Shown here: in pieces, positions 50,439 through 60,734 of the stretch
How the letters are laid out: each line of letters opens with the position of its first letter
Numbering within the stretch: the first letter of the stretch is position 1
Source of the DNA: Candidatus Eiseniibacteriota bacterium
GTDB taxonomy: Bacteria; Eisenbacteria; RBG-16-71-46
Length of the DNA: 64,000 nt
Assembly: GCA_044451485.1 (NCBI GenBank)
Contig: JBIOKD010000001.1
Span: forward strand, 1,836 to 65,835
Direction: 5' to 3'
Made by a program: the position numbers and the translations under genes
Notes under the pieces: generated by a model
Databases searched by the model: none
What the model was told of the DNA's origin: nothing
The model's input: only the letters and a program-made list of their open reading frames with translations

Positions 50439-53400
50439 ATGACCGAGCCCCGCGAACCCGATCCCGACCGCCCCGACGACGCGGAGCCAGGCCTCGTGCG
50501 CCGTCTCGGCGAGCGGGTCGAGGGCGCGGTGGAGCGCGCCGAGGAGCGGGTGACGCGCGCCGAGCACGCGCTCGAGGAGGCGGTCGACGAGGCGATCGGG
50601 GGCGTGGTCGAGCACGTCCCCGAGGCGGCGCGCAAGCCGCTTCGCTGGACGGTCCGGAAGATCGTGTTGCTGGTGGTGATCGGCGCGTTCGTGCTGGCCG
50701 TGCTGGGGACCGCGGGCACCGCGTACTACCTGTGGAATCACACGAGCTACGCGGCGCACGAGCTGACCGGCCGGATCAACGCGGTGCTGAGGGAGCGAAG
50801 CGACGTCGAGCTGACGCTCGACGGGTTGCGTGGCAACCCGCTCGGGACGGTCACCGTGGTCCATCCCCAGGTGCGCTTCCGCGACCGCGTCGGACCATCC
50901 TTCCTCGAGGCGGATGCGATGCGGCTGCGCTGGTCCACCTGGGACCTTTTGTGGTCGCGTCGTGGGGCGCTGGTGATCGAGATGGATCATCCGGTGCTCC
51001 GTCTCGAGAACGGACCCGACGGCCGGCTCCGGGTGCCGTCGTGGGAGGCCGGTCCGCCGACTCACGGTGTGGGGCGTGCCTGGAGCTTCGAGCTCCGCCT
51101 GCGTGACGGCGAGCTCCAGACCCCCGACACCGCGCTCGCGACACGCGGGCTCGACGTGGATCTGCGCTACGTCACCGATCCGGCGCGTCTCGATCTGCGC
51201 TCGTTGTCGTGGCGTCAGGGCCCCTGGGGCAGCCGGCTCGACCGGCTGAGCGGTGATGTGGCCGTGGGGGACAGCGTGGTGGTTCGGGTCACGCGTCTCG
51301 AGAGCCCCGACCTCGCCCTCACCGCGCGCGCGACATGGCCGCGCGCGGGCGGGCCCCGGCAGGTGCACGCCGACGTGCAACGGGTGCGCTGGGCCTGGCT
51401 GGCGCGGGTGTTCGTCAACGACGTCCTGGACGTGCCGGGTTCGGCCCGCTTCTCGGCCGACTTGACCGGCGAGCGGAGCTGGAGCGGCCGCGCACACGCC
51501 GTGCTCGACTGGGACGCCACTCCGATCACGACCGACGGACGCTTCACCTTCGACCACGGTCGTCTGGTGGTGTCACCGCTCAGTGGCGATTCGCCGATCG
51601 GGCGGCTCGACGACGGCCGGGTGACGTGGAGCAGTGCCGGCTGGTCGGTGGAGGGTCGTGGCACCGGCGCCAATCCGGCCGAGTGGGGGGTGCTCGGGGT
51701 CGAGGGCTGGCCGGCCGGCAAGCTCGATGGCCACTTCCGCTACCTGGCGGAGACCGGCCGGGTGCGACGCGGACACTTGAGCGCCGATCTCGCCACGTGC
51801 GAGTGGACCGGGTGGCACGCCGACAGCGGACACGTCGAGGTGGAGTTCCCGGCCAACGGTCCGGTGTCCTTCGGCGTGCGCGCCAGCCGCCGGCACGGGA
51901 CTTTGACGCTGGATGGGCAGACCGCGGACGACGGCTGGTCGGGCGACTACACCGTGCACGAGTTCCCGCTCGACGAATGGCCCGACGGCCGCGCCTCCGG
52001 GATCCGCGGTTGGCTCGCCGACGGCAGCGGCTCGGTGCACGGCGTCGGAGGTGGTCTCGACGTGCGGGGGACACTCGAGGGCCACGCCACCGACTGGTTC
52101 GGCGCCACGATGAACCGCTGGCGGCTGTCCCGAGTCGAGGGGCGTCTGCTCCCCACGCCCGATCTGACCGCCGACGCCCGGCTCGAGAACCTCATGTTCC
52201 TGGGTCTCCACTGGGACAGCGCGACCACCACGATCCACCTCGGTGACCGGCGTCTCCACTTCGACGGACTGCGGGTGGTGGCGGGGGACACGCTGGTGAG
52301 CATGGACGGCGATACCGACTGGGACGAGAGCGGATGGCGTCTGGATGCCGGTCGCGCGCGCATGACCAGCCGTCACTTCGACTGGACCGCCGAGCCACCG
52401 CTCCGTCTCGCCGGTGATCGCGACGGGGTCCAGTTCACGCACGTCACCGCCGACGACGGCAACGCCTCGTTCACCGCCGAGGGGCGCTGGGGCTCGCCAC
52501 CACACGGGCGCTACGCGTGGCGCGGACACGCGCATCAGCTCGATCTGGCGCGACTGGGGCTGCCCGACGACTGGGGGCTCGGCGGCATCGCCGACGCCGA
52601 GATCACCGTGGACGGGGTGTCGGGCGATCCGCACTGGACCTTCACCGGGAGCGCGCGCCACGCGGCATTCGGCGGACACGCCGCCGATTCGGTGGCGCTG
52701 TCGCTGGGCGGCGCACCGCATCTGCTCGAGGTGCGGCAGGCGACGCTGGTGGTCGGCTCGGGCGCGGCACGGGGCTCCGGACGGGTGAGCGGCACCGCGC
52801 GGGCATGGCCCGATTCACTCACCTTCACCGGGATCACGCGCTGGCTGGCCGACGCCGCGTCGTGGGAGGGACGCGCGGTGGTGTCGCGGATCGCGATCGA
52901 TCGCTGCGGTGCGGTGTGGCCCGCCGCGTTGGACTGGTCGGGGACGCTCAACGGGCGGGCGACCTTCGGTGGCCGGCCGTCGGCGCCGGAATTCCACGCC
53001 GAGGCGGACGCCGCGCCACTCGTGTGGCGTGGTTTCTCGCTCGGGAGCGCCACCCTCGAGGCGGACTACCAGCAGGGGACGCTGTCGCTCAAGACGCTCA
53101 AGATGTCGCGCGAGGGATTGCGCTTCGACGCCAAGGGGACGCTGCCGCTCGATCTCGCCCTCGGGACGACGCCACAGGTTCCCGAGCGGCCGATGGCCTT
53201 CCAAGTGAGTCTGCCGGACGGCGATCTCGGCATCGCGCCGCAATTGGTGCCACAGATCGGCTATGCCGCCGGGCGTTTCGTGGTCGAGGCGCAAGTGGCC
53301 GGGACCGCGAAACACCCCGAGCTGAGCGGCCGGGTCGCGGTGCGCGACGGCCGGGTGCGGCTCGCCGGCCGCGAGGAGGTGCTCGAGCAGGTGCGGGCCG

Positions 53401-54602
53401 ACGCCCACCTGTCGGCCGACGCGATCACCATCGACAGTCTGTCGGCGGTCCAGCCCACCCATGTCCGGGGGCAGCGCGGCACCATCACCGGGAGCGGCTG
53501 GGCCAAGCTCGGCGCGTCGGGACCGGGGGACTACCGGTTCGATCTCGCGATGCGGGACTTCACCGCCATCGAGCCGGGCTGGTACGTCGCCGAGTTCGAT
53601 GGCGACGTGGTGGTGAGCAACGGCCCCAAGGTGCACGGCACCGTGGTGCCGAGGGTCACCTCCGACGACGTGCGGGTGAGACGCGCGGTGGTGCTCTACG
53701 ACTTCACGCGGCAGACCGAGACCCAGGCGGTCGCGGCCAGCACCCAGCCGTTGTTCTGGGTGTACCGCCTGCATCTGACCGCGAACGACAACGTGCAGTG
53801 GAAGCCGGCCGACGCGGACATCGAGTTCAGCGCCGACCTGGTGGCCGAGCAGACCCCGGATTCGCTGCTGCTCTACGGCGACCTGACCGCGCTGCGTGGC
53901 ACGTACTACTTCCTGGCCAACAAGTTCACGGTCGACCGCGCGAACCTGAGCTTCGACAACGTCGGTGGCGTCGATCCGACCCTCGACATCCAGGCCACCA
54001 CCCAGATCTCGACCACCGCGAACGACCCGCCGCTGCCCGGCGAGCAGTCCGTGAAATACGACATCGTGGTCGGCATCACCGGGCGCTCGCGGGAGCCGGC
54101 GATCACCTTCAACAGCAACCCGACCGGGCTCGACGAGGCGCGCATCCTGCGCGAGCTCACCCTGGGTGGCCCGACCCGTGGCTTCGGCAGCGTGGTCGGG
54201 GATCCGCTCGACAGCTACCTCACCCGTCAGATCAACCGCCAGCTCTCGAGCGAGCTCTCGCACGCCTTCAACGGCTGGGTGAACGAATGGGAACTATCCC
54301 GTGAGTCGGGAGGTCTGTTCACCGGCAGCGGCGACGTGGTGGTGGGGGTCGGCAGTCAGATCAACCGCAACCTGGCGGTGCGCTATCGCCAGCGCGTGCC
54401 CGGCACCACCCGGCTCGAGACCCTGCCCAACACCGCCGGCCAGGACCTGTTCGAGCGGGACATGGAGGCCGAATATCGCCTCAATCGGTTCTTCTCGGTG
54501 ACCAGTGAGGTGGCACAGCGCCGCTCGCTCAACGGCGCCGGCGCCAGTGTCACCGCGGCACCGACTTTCAACGTCAACCTTCGCGCCCGGTGGGAGTATT
54601 GA
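50439..54602 (+). CDS. tamB: translocation and assembly module subunit TamB (AsmA-like, DUF490)
   Basis: 1388 aa. Single N-terminal TM anchor (IVLLVVIGAFVLAVLGTAG), a long beta-rich repeat region, and a C-terminal DUF490-like segment (...LSFDNVGGVDPTLDIQATTQIS...). Confidence 0.8.
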   Translation: MTEPREPDPDRPDDAEPGLVRRLGERVEGAVERAEERVTRAEHALEEAVDEAIGGVVEHVPEAARKPLRWTVRKIVLLVVIGAFVLAVLGTAGTAYYLWNHTSYAAHELTGRINAVLRERSDVELTLDGLRGNPLGTVTVVHPQVRFRDRVGPSFLEADAMRLRWSTWDLLWSRRGALVIEMDHPVLRLENGPDGRLRVPSWEAGPPTHGVGRAWSFELRLRDGELQTPDTALATRGLDVDLRYVTDPARLDLRSLSWRQGPWGSRLDRLSGDVAVGDSVVVRVTRLESPDLALTARATWPRAGGPRQVHADVQRVRWAWLARVFVNDVLDVPGSARFSADLTGERSWSGRAHAVLDWDATPITTDGRFTFDHGRLVVSPLSGDSPIGRLDDGRVTWSSAGWSVEGRGTGANPAEWGVLGVEGWPAGKLDGHFRYLAETGRVRRGHLSADLATCEWTGWHADSGHVEVEFPANGPVSFGVRASRRHGTLTLDGQTADDGWSGDYTVHEFPLDEWPDGRASGIRGWLADGSGSVHGVGGGLDVRGTLEGHATDWFGATMNRWRLSRVEGRLLPTPDLTADARLENLMFLGLHWDSATTTIHLGDRRLHFDGLRVVAGDTLVSMDGDTDWDESGWRLDAGRARMTSRHFDWTAEPPLRLAGDRDGVQFTHVTADDGNASFTAEGRWGSPPHGRYAWRGHAHQLDLARLGLPDDWGLGGIADAEITVDGVSGDPHWTFTGSARHAAFGGHAADSVALSLGGAPHLLEVRQATLVVGSGAARGSGRVSGTARAWPDSLTFTGITRWLADAASWEGRAVVSRIAIDRCGAVWPAALDWSGTLNGRATFGGRPSAPEFHAEADAAPLVWRGFSLGSATLEADYQQGTLSLKTLKMSREGLRFDAKGTLPLDLALGTTPQVPERPMAFQVSLPDGDLGIAPQLVPQIGYAAGRFVVEAQVAGTAKHPELSGRVAVRDGRVRLAGREEVLEQVRADAHLSADAITIDSLSAVQPTHVRGQRGTITGSGWAKLGASGPGDYRFDLAMRDFTAIEPGWYVAEFDGDVVVSNGPKVHGTVVPRVTSDDVRVRRAVVLYDFTRQTETQAVAASTQPLFWVYRLHLTANDNVQWKPADADIEFSADLVAEQTPDSLLLYGDLTALRGTYYFLANKFTVDRANLSFDNVGGVDPTLDIQATTQISTTANDPPLPGEQSVKYDIVVGITGRSREPAITFNSNPTGLDEARILRELTLGGPTRGFGSVVGDPLDSYLTRQINRQLSSELSHAFNGWVNEWELSRESGGLFTGSGDVVVGVGSQINRNLAVRYRQRVPGTTRLETLPNTAGQDLFERDMEAEYRLNRFFSVTSEVAQRRSLNGAGASVTAAPTFNVNLRARWEY

Positions 54603-54707
54603 CCGGGTCTTGACGAACGGACCGGCCCGCCGGATCCATTTCGTTCGAAACCGTTGGGGGGAGTTGTGGTATCAAAGGGGAGCGTACCGGGTGACCCAGG
54701 GAGAGCA

Positions 54708-57700
54708 ATGACGGCGGATCGAGATCGCGGCGACCAGTTGGGAAGACGTGGGCGTGCCGCTGGCCTGGTGGCGGTGGCGCTGATGGCGGCGGGGATCGCG
54801 CTGGCGACGGTCCCGGCACGGGCCCAGGACTTGTTCGGACAGAACAAGGTGCAGTACCGCGTGTTCGACTGGCGGTACCTGTCCTCCGACCACTTCGACG
54901 TCTACTACTACGGCGACCTCGACAGCCTGGCCCTGCGGGTCCTCGACCTCGCCGAGAAAGCCAACGGCTACCTATCGGTCCGGATGGGGCACCAGCTCTC
55001 CAACAAGGTGCCGATCATCCTGTACGGCTCGCACAACGAGTTCTCGCAGACCAATGTGACCCAGGAGCTGCTCACGGGGAGCACCGGCGGTTTCACCGAG
55101 GTGTATCGCAACCGGGTGGTGCTGCCGTTTACCGGGTCCTACGAGGATCTGCGGCACGTGGTGGTGCACGAGCTCACCCACGCGTTCATGTTCGACATGC
55201 TGTACAACGGCGCGGCCAGCTCGATGATCGCGCGGCAGGCGTTCTTCGCCCCGCCGCTGTGGTTCGCCGAGGGCATGGCCGAGTACTACTCGCTCGGTCT
55301 CGACGATCCGAACATGCGCGTCTACGTGCGCGACGGGGCGTTGAACGACCAGCTTCCGCCACTCGAATACGCCGGCGGCTACGTCGGGGTCTACAAGCAG
55401 GGTCAGGCCGTCCTGGGCTACCTGGTGGACCGCTTCGGCGAGGACCGGCTGCGCGAGATGTACCGGCGGATGCGCTCGTCACGGGACTTCGACGCGGCGT
55501 TCCAGCGCGTCTACGGTACCTCGGTCCAGAAGTTCGACGAGGACTGGCGGAACGAGCTCAAGACACGCTACTGGCCACTGATCGCCGACAAGTACGAGCC
55601 GGACCGCTACGGCCGGCGTCTCACCGATCACCGGCGCGACGAGAGCAACTTCAACACCGCCCCGGCGATCTCCCCACAGGGCGACCGGATCGTCTACTAC
55701 TCCGATCGGCGGCAGTACACCGACGTGTACCTGATGTCGGCGTTCGACGGCCGGGTGATCCGGCGTCTGATCCGCGGCGAGCAGGACGTCAAGTTCGAGT
55801 CGGTGCCCTCGTTCCGCAGCTCGCTCACCTGGTCGCCGGAGGGTGGCCGCGTGGCGATGACCGCCAAGAGCGGCGGGCGCGATCTCCTCTACGTGGTGTC
55901 CGTCGACGAGGCGAAGCTGATCCGCTCCTACGATCTCGGCTGCGAGGCGCTGGCCTATCCGTCGTGGTCGCCGGTCGCGGACTCGGTGGTCGTGGTCGGA
56001 TTGAAGGGCGGCCGGTCCGACCTGTACATGGTCGCGCTCCGAACCGGCGACGTCACCCGTCTCACCAACGACACCTGGGACGAGCGCCAGCCGAGCTGGA
56101 CCCCGGACGGCCGCGCGCTGGCCTTCTCCTCGGACCGTGTCGCGTCGGTGGTGCTACAGCCCCAGCGCACCCGCGACGGCTACGGTTACTACGGGCTCTA
56201 CAGTCTCGACCTGGCGAGCCGCGAGGTGCGGCCGATCCTGCACACCGCCGGTGACGACCAGTGGCCGGCCTGGTCGAACGATGGACGCAAACTGGCCTTC
56301 ATCTCGGACGCGCGTGGCACCCCGGACGTGTATCTCTACGACACCCAGGACAGCACCGTGCTCCACGCCACCCAGGTGATGGGCGGCGTCCAGAGCCTCT
56401 CGTGGTCACGCGAGAACGACCGGATCGTGTTCTCGGTCTACGACCACGGCGGGTTCGACGTGTTCACCGTGCGCGAGCCGCTGTCGCTCGAGACGCGTCT
56501 GGCGCGGCTGCGTCGCGACCGGCCCCAGGACGTGCTCACCCTGGCCCAGCTCCAGCACGCGGTGAGCGACACGCTGCCGCCGCGGATCGATCAGGGCGCG
56601 CTGGCGGGGGCGTGGCCCGACACGCTGACCATGGCCGCCGACACCCTTTCCGGCAAGGTCGCGTCACGCGCCCCCCCGGAGACGGCGTCACGCGACACCA
56701 CACACGCGATGCCGCGGCTCGATCCCATGAACCCGACGTGGGCGGGGATGCAGCCGCCGCCGAGCGACTTCTCCACGCGGCCGGACACCCTGGCCCCGCT
56801 CGCCACCCGATTCCCGCTCCACGAGCGCGGCGGCCCGTTCGCGATCTCGGACACACTGCTGGCCCAGAAGCCGTCGCGGTATCGGGTGCGCTACAGCGCC
56901 GACTACGCGGGAGGCTCCCTCTACGCCACCAATGTCGGCGCGCTGGGAGCCACCCAGGTGGCGCTCAGCGACTTCCTCGGCGACCGCCGCATCGATCTGG
57001 CCCTCGGCCTGTACAGCAACTCGCTCTCCGATGCCAACGTCTACGTGGCCTACAATTACCTTCCGCGACGTACGGACGTGACCATCGCGGCGTTCCACTA
57101 CAAGGAGTACTTCGAATCCCGTTACACGTCGCTGGGCGAGCAGTTCTCGAGCGACCAGCTCTATTCGGACCGCAACTTCGGCGGCGCGCTGTTGCTGAGC
57201 TACCCGTTCAACCAGTTCCGCCGTGTCGAGCTGGGACTCACCCAACGCTGGGTGGACCGCACTTTCTTCGTCGTGGACGATTTCGGCAACCTGCTCTCGA
57301 CCAGCCACGTGCTGCGCTCGGTGACCTCACCCTCGATCGGCTTGATCTTCGACAACGCGTTGTACGGCTACTACGGACCGGTGAACGGCACGCGTTACAA
57401 CATCACCTACAGCCCGGCCCTCCCGCTCGGGGGCTCGGCACTGTCGTATCAGACCGCCACCCTCGACTGGCGGCGGTACATCGATCTCACACACGGCTAC
57501 CAGTTCGCGCGGCGTTTCCTGGTCGGATACAGCGACGGTCCCAGTCCGCAGTACTTCCGCATCGGCGGCTTCTCGACCCTGCGTGGCTACTCGACGTATT
57601 CGGTGGTGGGCAGCCGCATTGGGGTCGCCAATGTCGAGCTCCGCTTCCCGTTCATCCAACAGCTCGGGCTCGTCGGTCCGCTGCCGATCGGGATCTTCAA

Positions 57701-57938
57701 CATGAAGGGGGCGCTGTTCAGCGACGTCGGCACCGCCTTCAACGGCGGCTACAAGCCCCGTGGCACCACGATCGACGAGAATGGCAATCGCCGGCTGCAG
57801 GACATCCTCCTCGACTACGGCGTCGGGATCCGCACCTCGTTCCTCTACACCCTGGTCAAGCTGGACGTGGCGTGGCGGACCGACCTCCAGTCCACCAGCC
57901 GGCCGGTGTGGCAGTTCAGCATCGGCCCCGAGTTGTGA
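54708..57938 (+). CDS. three-part secreted protein: N-terminal peptidase-MA-like (HExxH) domain, PD40/TolB beta-propeller, C-terminal Omp85-type beta-barrel
   Basis: Signal peptide AAGLVAVALMAAGIALATVPARA. HELTHAF HExxH with a downstream E (EGMAEYY). PD40-like repeats (...ISPQGDRIVYYSDR..., ...TWSPEGGRVAMTAK..., ...PSWSPVADSVVV..., ...PSWTPDGRALAFSSDR..., ...PAWSNDGRKLAFISDAR...). C-terminal barrel motifs (RIGGFSTLRGY, ANVELRFPF, GALFSDVGTAF, GVGIRTSFLYTLVKLDVAW, WQFSIGPEL). Confidence 0.7.
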   Translation: MTADRDRGDQLGRRGRAAGLVAVALMAAGIALATVPARAQDLFGQNKVQYRVFDWRYLSSDHFDVYYYGDLDSLALRVLDLAEKANGYLSVRMGHQLSNKVPIILYGSHNEFSQTNVTQELLTGSTGGFTEVYRNRVVLPFTGSYEDLRHVVVHELTHAFMFDMLYNGAASSMIARQAFFAPPLWFAEGMAEYYSLGLDDPNMRVYVRDGALNDQLPPLEYAGGYVGVYKQGQAVLGYLVDRFGEDRLREMYRRMRSSRDFDAAFQRVYGTSVQKFDEDWRNELKTRYWPLIADKYEPDRYGRRLTDHRRDESNFNTAPAISPQGDRIVYYSDRRQYTDVYLMSAFDGRVIRRLIRGEQDVKFESVPSFRSSLTWSPEGGRVAMTAKSGGRDLLYVVSVDEAKLIRSYDLGCEALAYPSWSPVADSVVVVGLKGGRSDLYMVALRTGDVTRLTNDTWDERQPSWTPDGRALAFSSDRVASVVLQPQRTRDGYGYYGLYSLDLASREVRPILHTAGDDQWPAWSNDGRKLAFISDARGTPDVYLYDTQDSTVLHATQVMGGVQSLSWSRENDRIVFSVYDHGGFDVFTVREPLSLETRLARLRRDRPQDVLTLAQLQHAVSDTLPPRIDQGALAGAWPDTLTMAADTLSGKVASRAPPETASRDTTHAMPRLDPMNPTWAGMQPPPSDFSTRPDTLAPLATRFPLHERGGPFAISDTLLAQKPSRYRVRYSADYAGGSLYATNVGALGATQVALSDFLGDRRIDLALGLYSNSLSDANVYVAYNYLPRRTDVTIAAFHYKEYFESRYTSLGEQFSSDQLYSDRNFGGALLLSYPFNQFRRVELGLTQRWVDRTFFVVDDFGNLLSTSHVLRSVTSPSIGLIFDNALYGYYGPVNGTRYNITYSPALPLGGSALSYQTATLDWRRYIDLTHGYQFARRFLVGYSDGPSPQYFRIGGFSTLRGYSTYSVVGSRIGVANVELRFPFIQQLGLVGPLPIGIFNMKGALFSDVGTAFNGGYKPRGTTIDENGNRRLQDILLDYGVGIRTSFLYTLVKLDVAWRTDLQSTSRPVWQFSIGPEL

Positions 57939-58031
57939 TCCGCCGGGTTCGCCGGTCGCTCTCGAACGGAGCCTAGGACCGCACCCGCGTGCCGCCACCG
58001 GGGCGAGCGCCGTGATCGGCTCGACCGGTGG

Positions 58032-58061
58032 TTGCCGGCATCCGCTCGCACCGGTTAGGCT
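58032..58061 (+). promoter_or_regulatory. candidate uvrD promoter: TTGCCG, 17-nt spacer, TTAGGCT
   Basis: Read by eye; has a high-GC-type -10 TAGGCT. About 95-nt leader. Confidence 0.25.
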
Positions 58062-58156
58062 CCGGCCGGGCTCCGTACCCAGACGCGGCCCAGGCTGTCG
58101 AGCGCTCCGTGTGGCCGCGTCGGCGGCGCCGGCCCCCACCACGACCCCGGAGACGC

Positions 58157-60451
58157 ATGCACGCCTTCCCGGACCTCAATCCCGAGCAGCGCGCGGCGGT
58201 CGAGCACCGCGGCGGACCGCTGCTGGTCGTCGCCGGCGCCGGCAGCGGCAAGACCCGCGTGCTCACCGCGCGTGTCGCCAGCCTTCTCGACGAGGGTGTC
58301 CCGGCCGAGCGGATCCTGGCGTTCACGTTCACCAACCGTGCGGCGCGTGAGATGCGGGAGCGTATCGCGCGCGCGGTGAGGGCGGGCGCCGAGCGGGTCT
58401 GGGTGGGCACGTTCCACGCGACCGGAGTGCGGATGCTGCGTCGCGAGACGCGCGCGCTCGCGGCGCGCTGGCCCGGGTTCCCGGCGGACTTCAGCATCTT
58501 CGACCGCGAGGACCAGGAGACGCTGCTGCGTGAGGTGATGAAGCGGCTCGAGCTGCCCGAGGGCGCGTATCGTCTGGGCGAGGTCCTCGGCCGCATCTCC
58601 GACGCCAAGAACGCGCTGGTGACCCCCACCGAGGCCGAGCGCGCCGCGGTCACGCCTTACGAGAAGCATGTCGCCGAGTGCTACGCGCTCTACCAGGCAT
58701 CGCTGCGGCGGCAGGGGGCGATGGACTTCGACGACCTGATCGCGGAAGTGGTCCTGCTGCTCCGCGACGATCCGGCGACCGGCGCGCGTTACGCCGGCCG
58801 GTTCGAACACGTGCTGGTGGACGAGTACCAGGACACCAACCACGCGCAGTTCCGTCTGGTGGCGGCCCTCGCGGCCGGGCACGGCAACCTGTTCGTGGTC
58901 GGGGACGACGACCAGTCCATCTACGGGTGGCGCGGCGCCGATCTGGCCAACGTCCTCGACTTCGAAGATGCGTTTCCGGGGGCGCGGGTGATCCGGCTGG
59001 AACGGAACTACCGGTCCACCGCCAACATCCTGCGCGCCGCCAACGCGGTCATCGCGCACAACCGCTCGCGCAAGGGCAAGACGCTCTGGTGCGAGCGCGA
59101 GGACGGCCCGCGGCTCCGCTTCCAGCTGGCCCGCGACGAGGCCGACGAGGCGAGGCGGATCGCCGACCTGATCGTCGAGCGCCGGCGCCGGGGACGGGCG
59201 CTGGCGGACTGCGCGGTGCTGTATCGCACCAACGCCCAGTCACGCGCGCTCGAGACCGAGCTGCGTCATCGTGGTCTGCGCTACGAGATCGTGGGCGGTG
59301 TGTCGTTCTACCAGCGCCGTGAGGTCAAGGACGTCCTCGCCTATCTGCGTCTGGCGGTCAATCCCGGTGACACGACGGCCTTCGCGCGGGCGCTCAACAC
59401 GCCGAGACGGGGTCTGGGCGAAGCGGTGACGGTGCGTGTCGAGCGGCGTCTCGCCGAGGGCGGCACGAACCCGATCGAGGCGCTGCGCTCGCTGGCCGCC
59501 ACGGGCGAGCTCGGCCGCGCCCGCGCCGGGGCCGAGGTCTTCCTGGCGGTGGTGGATCACGCGCGGGCCTGCGCGGGGGAGCCGGTGGACCGCGTGATGA
59601 CCGGTGTGCTCGAGGACAGCGGCTACCTCCGTCTGCTCGACGAGCTACCCCGGTCGGAGGGCGCGGAGCGGCGCGGCAACGTCGAGGAGCTGCGTGCGGC
59701 GGCCGCGGCGTTCGCCGCCGGGAGCCCCGATCCGTCGCTGGGGGCGTTCCTGGCCGAGACCGCGCTGATCACCGACCTCGACCGGGTCGAGGAGGGGGAG
59801 GACCGCGTGCTGCTGCTCACGGCGCACAACGCCAAGGGGCTCGAATTCCCGATCGTGGTGGTGGCCGGTCTGGAGGAGGGTCTGATGCCACACGCCTCGG
59901 CGCTCGACGATCCGAAGGAGCTCGAGGAGGAGCGCCGTCTGTTCTACGTGGCGCTCACCCGCGCCCAGGACGAGGTCCACCTCACCGCGGCCGCCTACCG
60001 GCGCCGTTTCGACGGCGGCACCGGCGGTCAGGTGTCGCGTTTCGTGACCGAGATTCCCGATGAGCTGATCGAGCACGACCAGCCCACGGTCCCGCTCTGG
60101 GGTCGTGGCGCGGCGGGTGCGGAGAGCGTGTTCCCCGACGACGACTGGGGTGCCGGCGGCGCACGCGCGCGTGGCCGTCACGGCGGCGCTCGGGACGGTG
60201 CCGCGTCGGCGCGTCGTGGCCGTGGTGGAGGCGGTGGGAGCGGCGGACCGGTGGCACCGGCCTATCGGACCACGGGTCCGCTGATCCGATTCGTCGGACG
60301 CGAGGTCCGCCACGAGGTCTTTGGACGTGGAGTGGTGATGGCGGCGGAGCAGGAAGCCGGCGACGTGAAGTTCACGGTGCGTTTCGGTGCCCAGGTCAAG
60401 AAGGTGCTGGGCCGCTATCTCGACGGGGGGCACGATGACGATCCGGCGTGA
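58157..60451 (+). CDS. ATP-dependent DNA helicase, UvrD/PcrA/Rep family
   Basis: LNPEQRAAVEH...LLVVAGAGSGKTRVLTARVA (motif I)...VLVDEYQDTN (motif II)...C-terminal helicase domain. A Gly/Arg-rich tail is present. Confidence 0.9.
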   Translation: MHAFPDLNPEQRAAVEHRGGPLLVVAGAGSGKTRVLTARVASLLDEGVPAERILAFTFTNRAAREMRERIARAVRAGAERVWVGTFHATGVRMLRRETRALAARWPGFPADFSIFDREDQETLLREVMKRLELPEGAYRLGEVLGRISDAKNALVTPTEAERAAVTPYEKHVAECYALYQASLRRQGAMDFDDLIAEVVLLLRDDPATGARYAGRFEHVLVDEYQDTNHAQFRLVAALAAGHGNLFVVGDDDQSIYGWRGADLANVLDFEDAFPGARVIRLERNYRSTANILRAANAVIAHNRSRKGKTLWCEREDGPRLRFQLARDEADEARRIADLIVERRRRGRALADCAVLYRTNAQSRALETELRHRGLRYEIVGGVSFYQRREVKDVLAYLRLAVNPGDTTAFARALNTPRRGLGEAVTVRVERRLAEGGTNPIEALRSLAATGELGRARAGAEVFLAVVDHARACAGEPVDRVMTGVLEDSGYLRLLDELPRSEGAERRGNVEELRAAAAAFAAGSPDPSLGAFLAETALITDLDRVEEGEDRVLLLTAHNAKGLEFPIVVVAGLEEGLMPHASALDDPKELEEERRLFYVALTRAQDEVHLTAAAYRRRFDGGTGGQVSRFVTEIPDELIEHDQPTVPLWGRGAAGAESVFPDDDWGAGGARARGRHGGARDGAASARRGRGGGGGSGGPVAPAYRTTGPLIRFVGREVRHEVFGRGVVMAAEQEAGDVKFTVRFGAQVKKVLGRYLDGGHDDDPA

Positions 60452-60734
60452 GGAGGTCGAGCGCATTGCCGAGCTGGCGCGTCTGGAGATCCCCGCGGAC
60501 CGGATCGCGCGTGTCGCCGACGAGTTGTCGCGGGTACTCGAGTTCGTGGCCATGCTCGACCGACTGGACCTCGGCGGGTACGAGCCCAGTGAGTTCGCGC
60601 CGGCCGACGTGCCGCTGCGTGACGACGTGCCGGATGGCGAGTGTCTGGACGCGGCGCGCGCCACCGCGATGGCGCCCGCCGCCGAGGACGGCTACTTCCT
60701 GGTGCCGCCGATCGTCGAGAACGTGAACCCATGA
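60435..60734 (+). CDS. gatC: Asp-tRNA(Asn)/Glu-tRNA(Gln) amidotransferase subunit C
   Basis: MTIRREEVERIAELARLEIPADRIARVADELSRVLEFV matches the GatC signature. Confidence 0.9.
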   Translation: MTIRREEVERIAELARLEIPADRIARVADELSRVLEFVAMLDRLDLGGYEPSEFAPADVPLRDDVPDGECLDAARATAMAPAAEDGYFLVPPIVENVNP

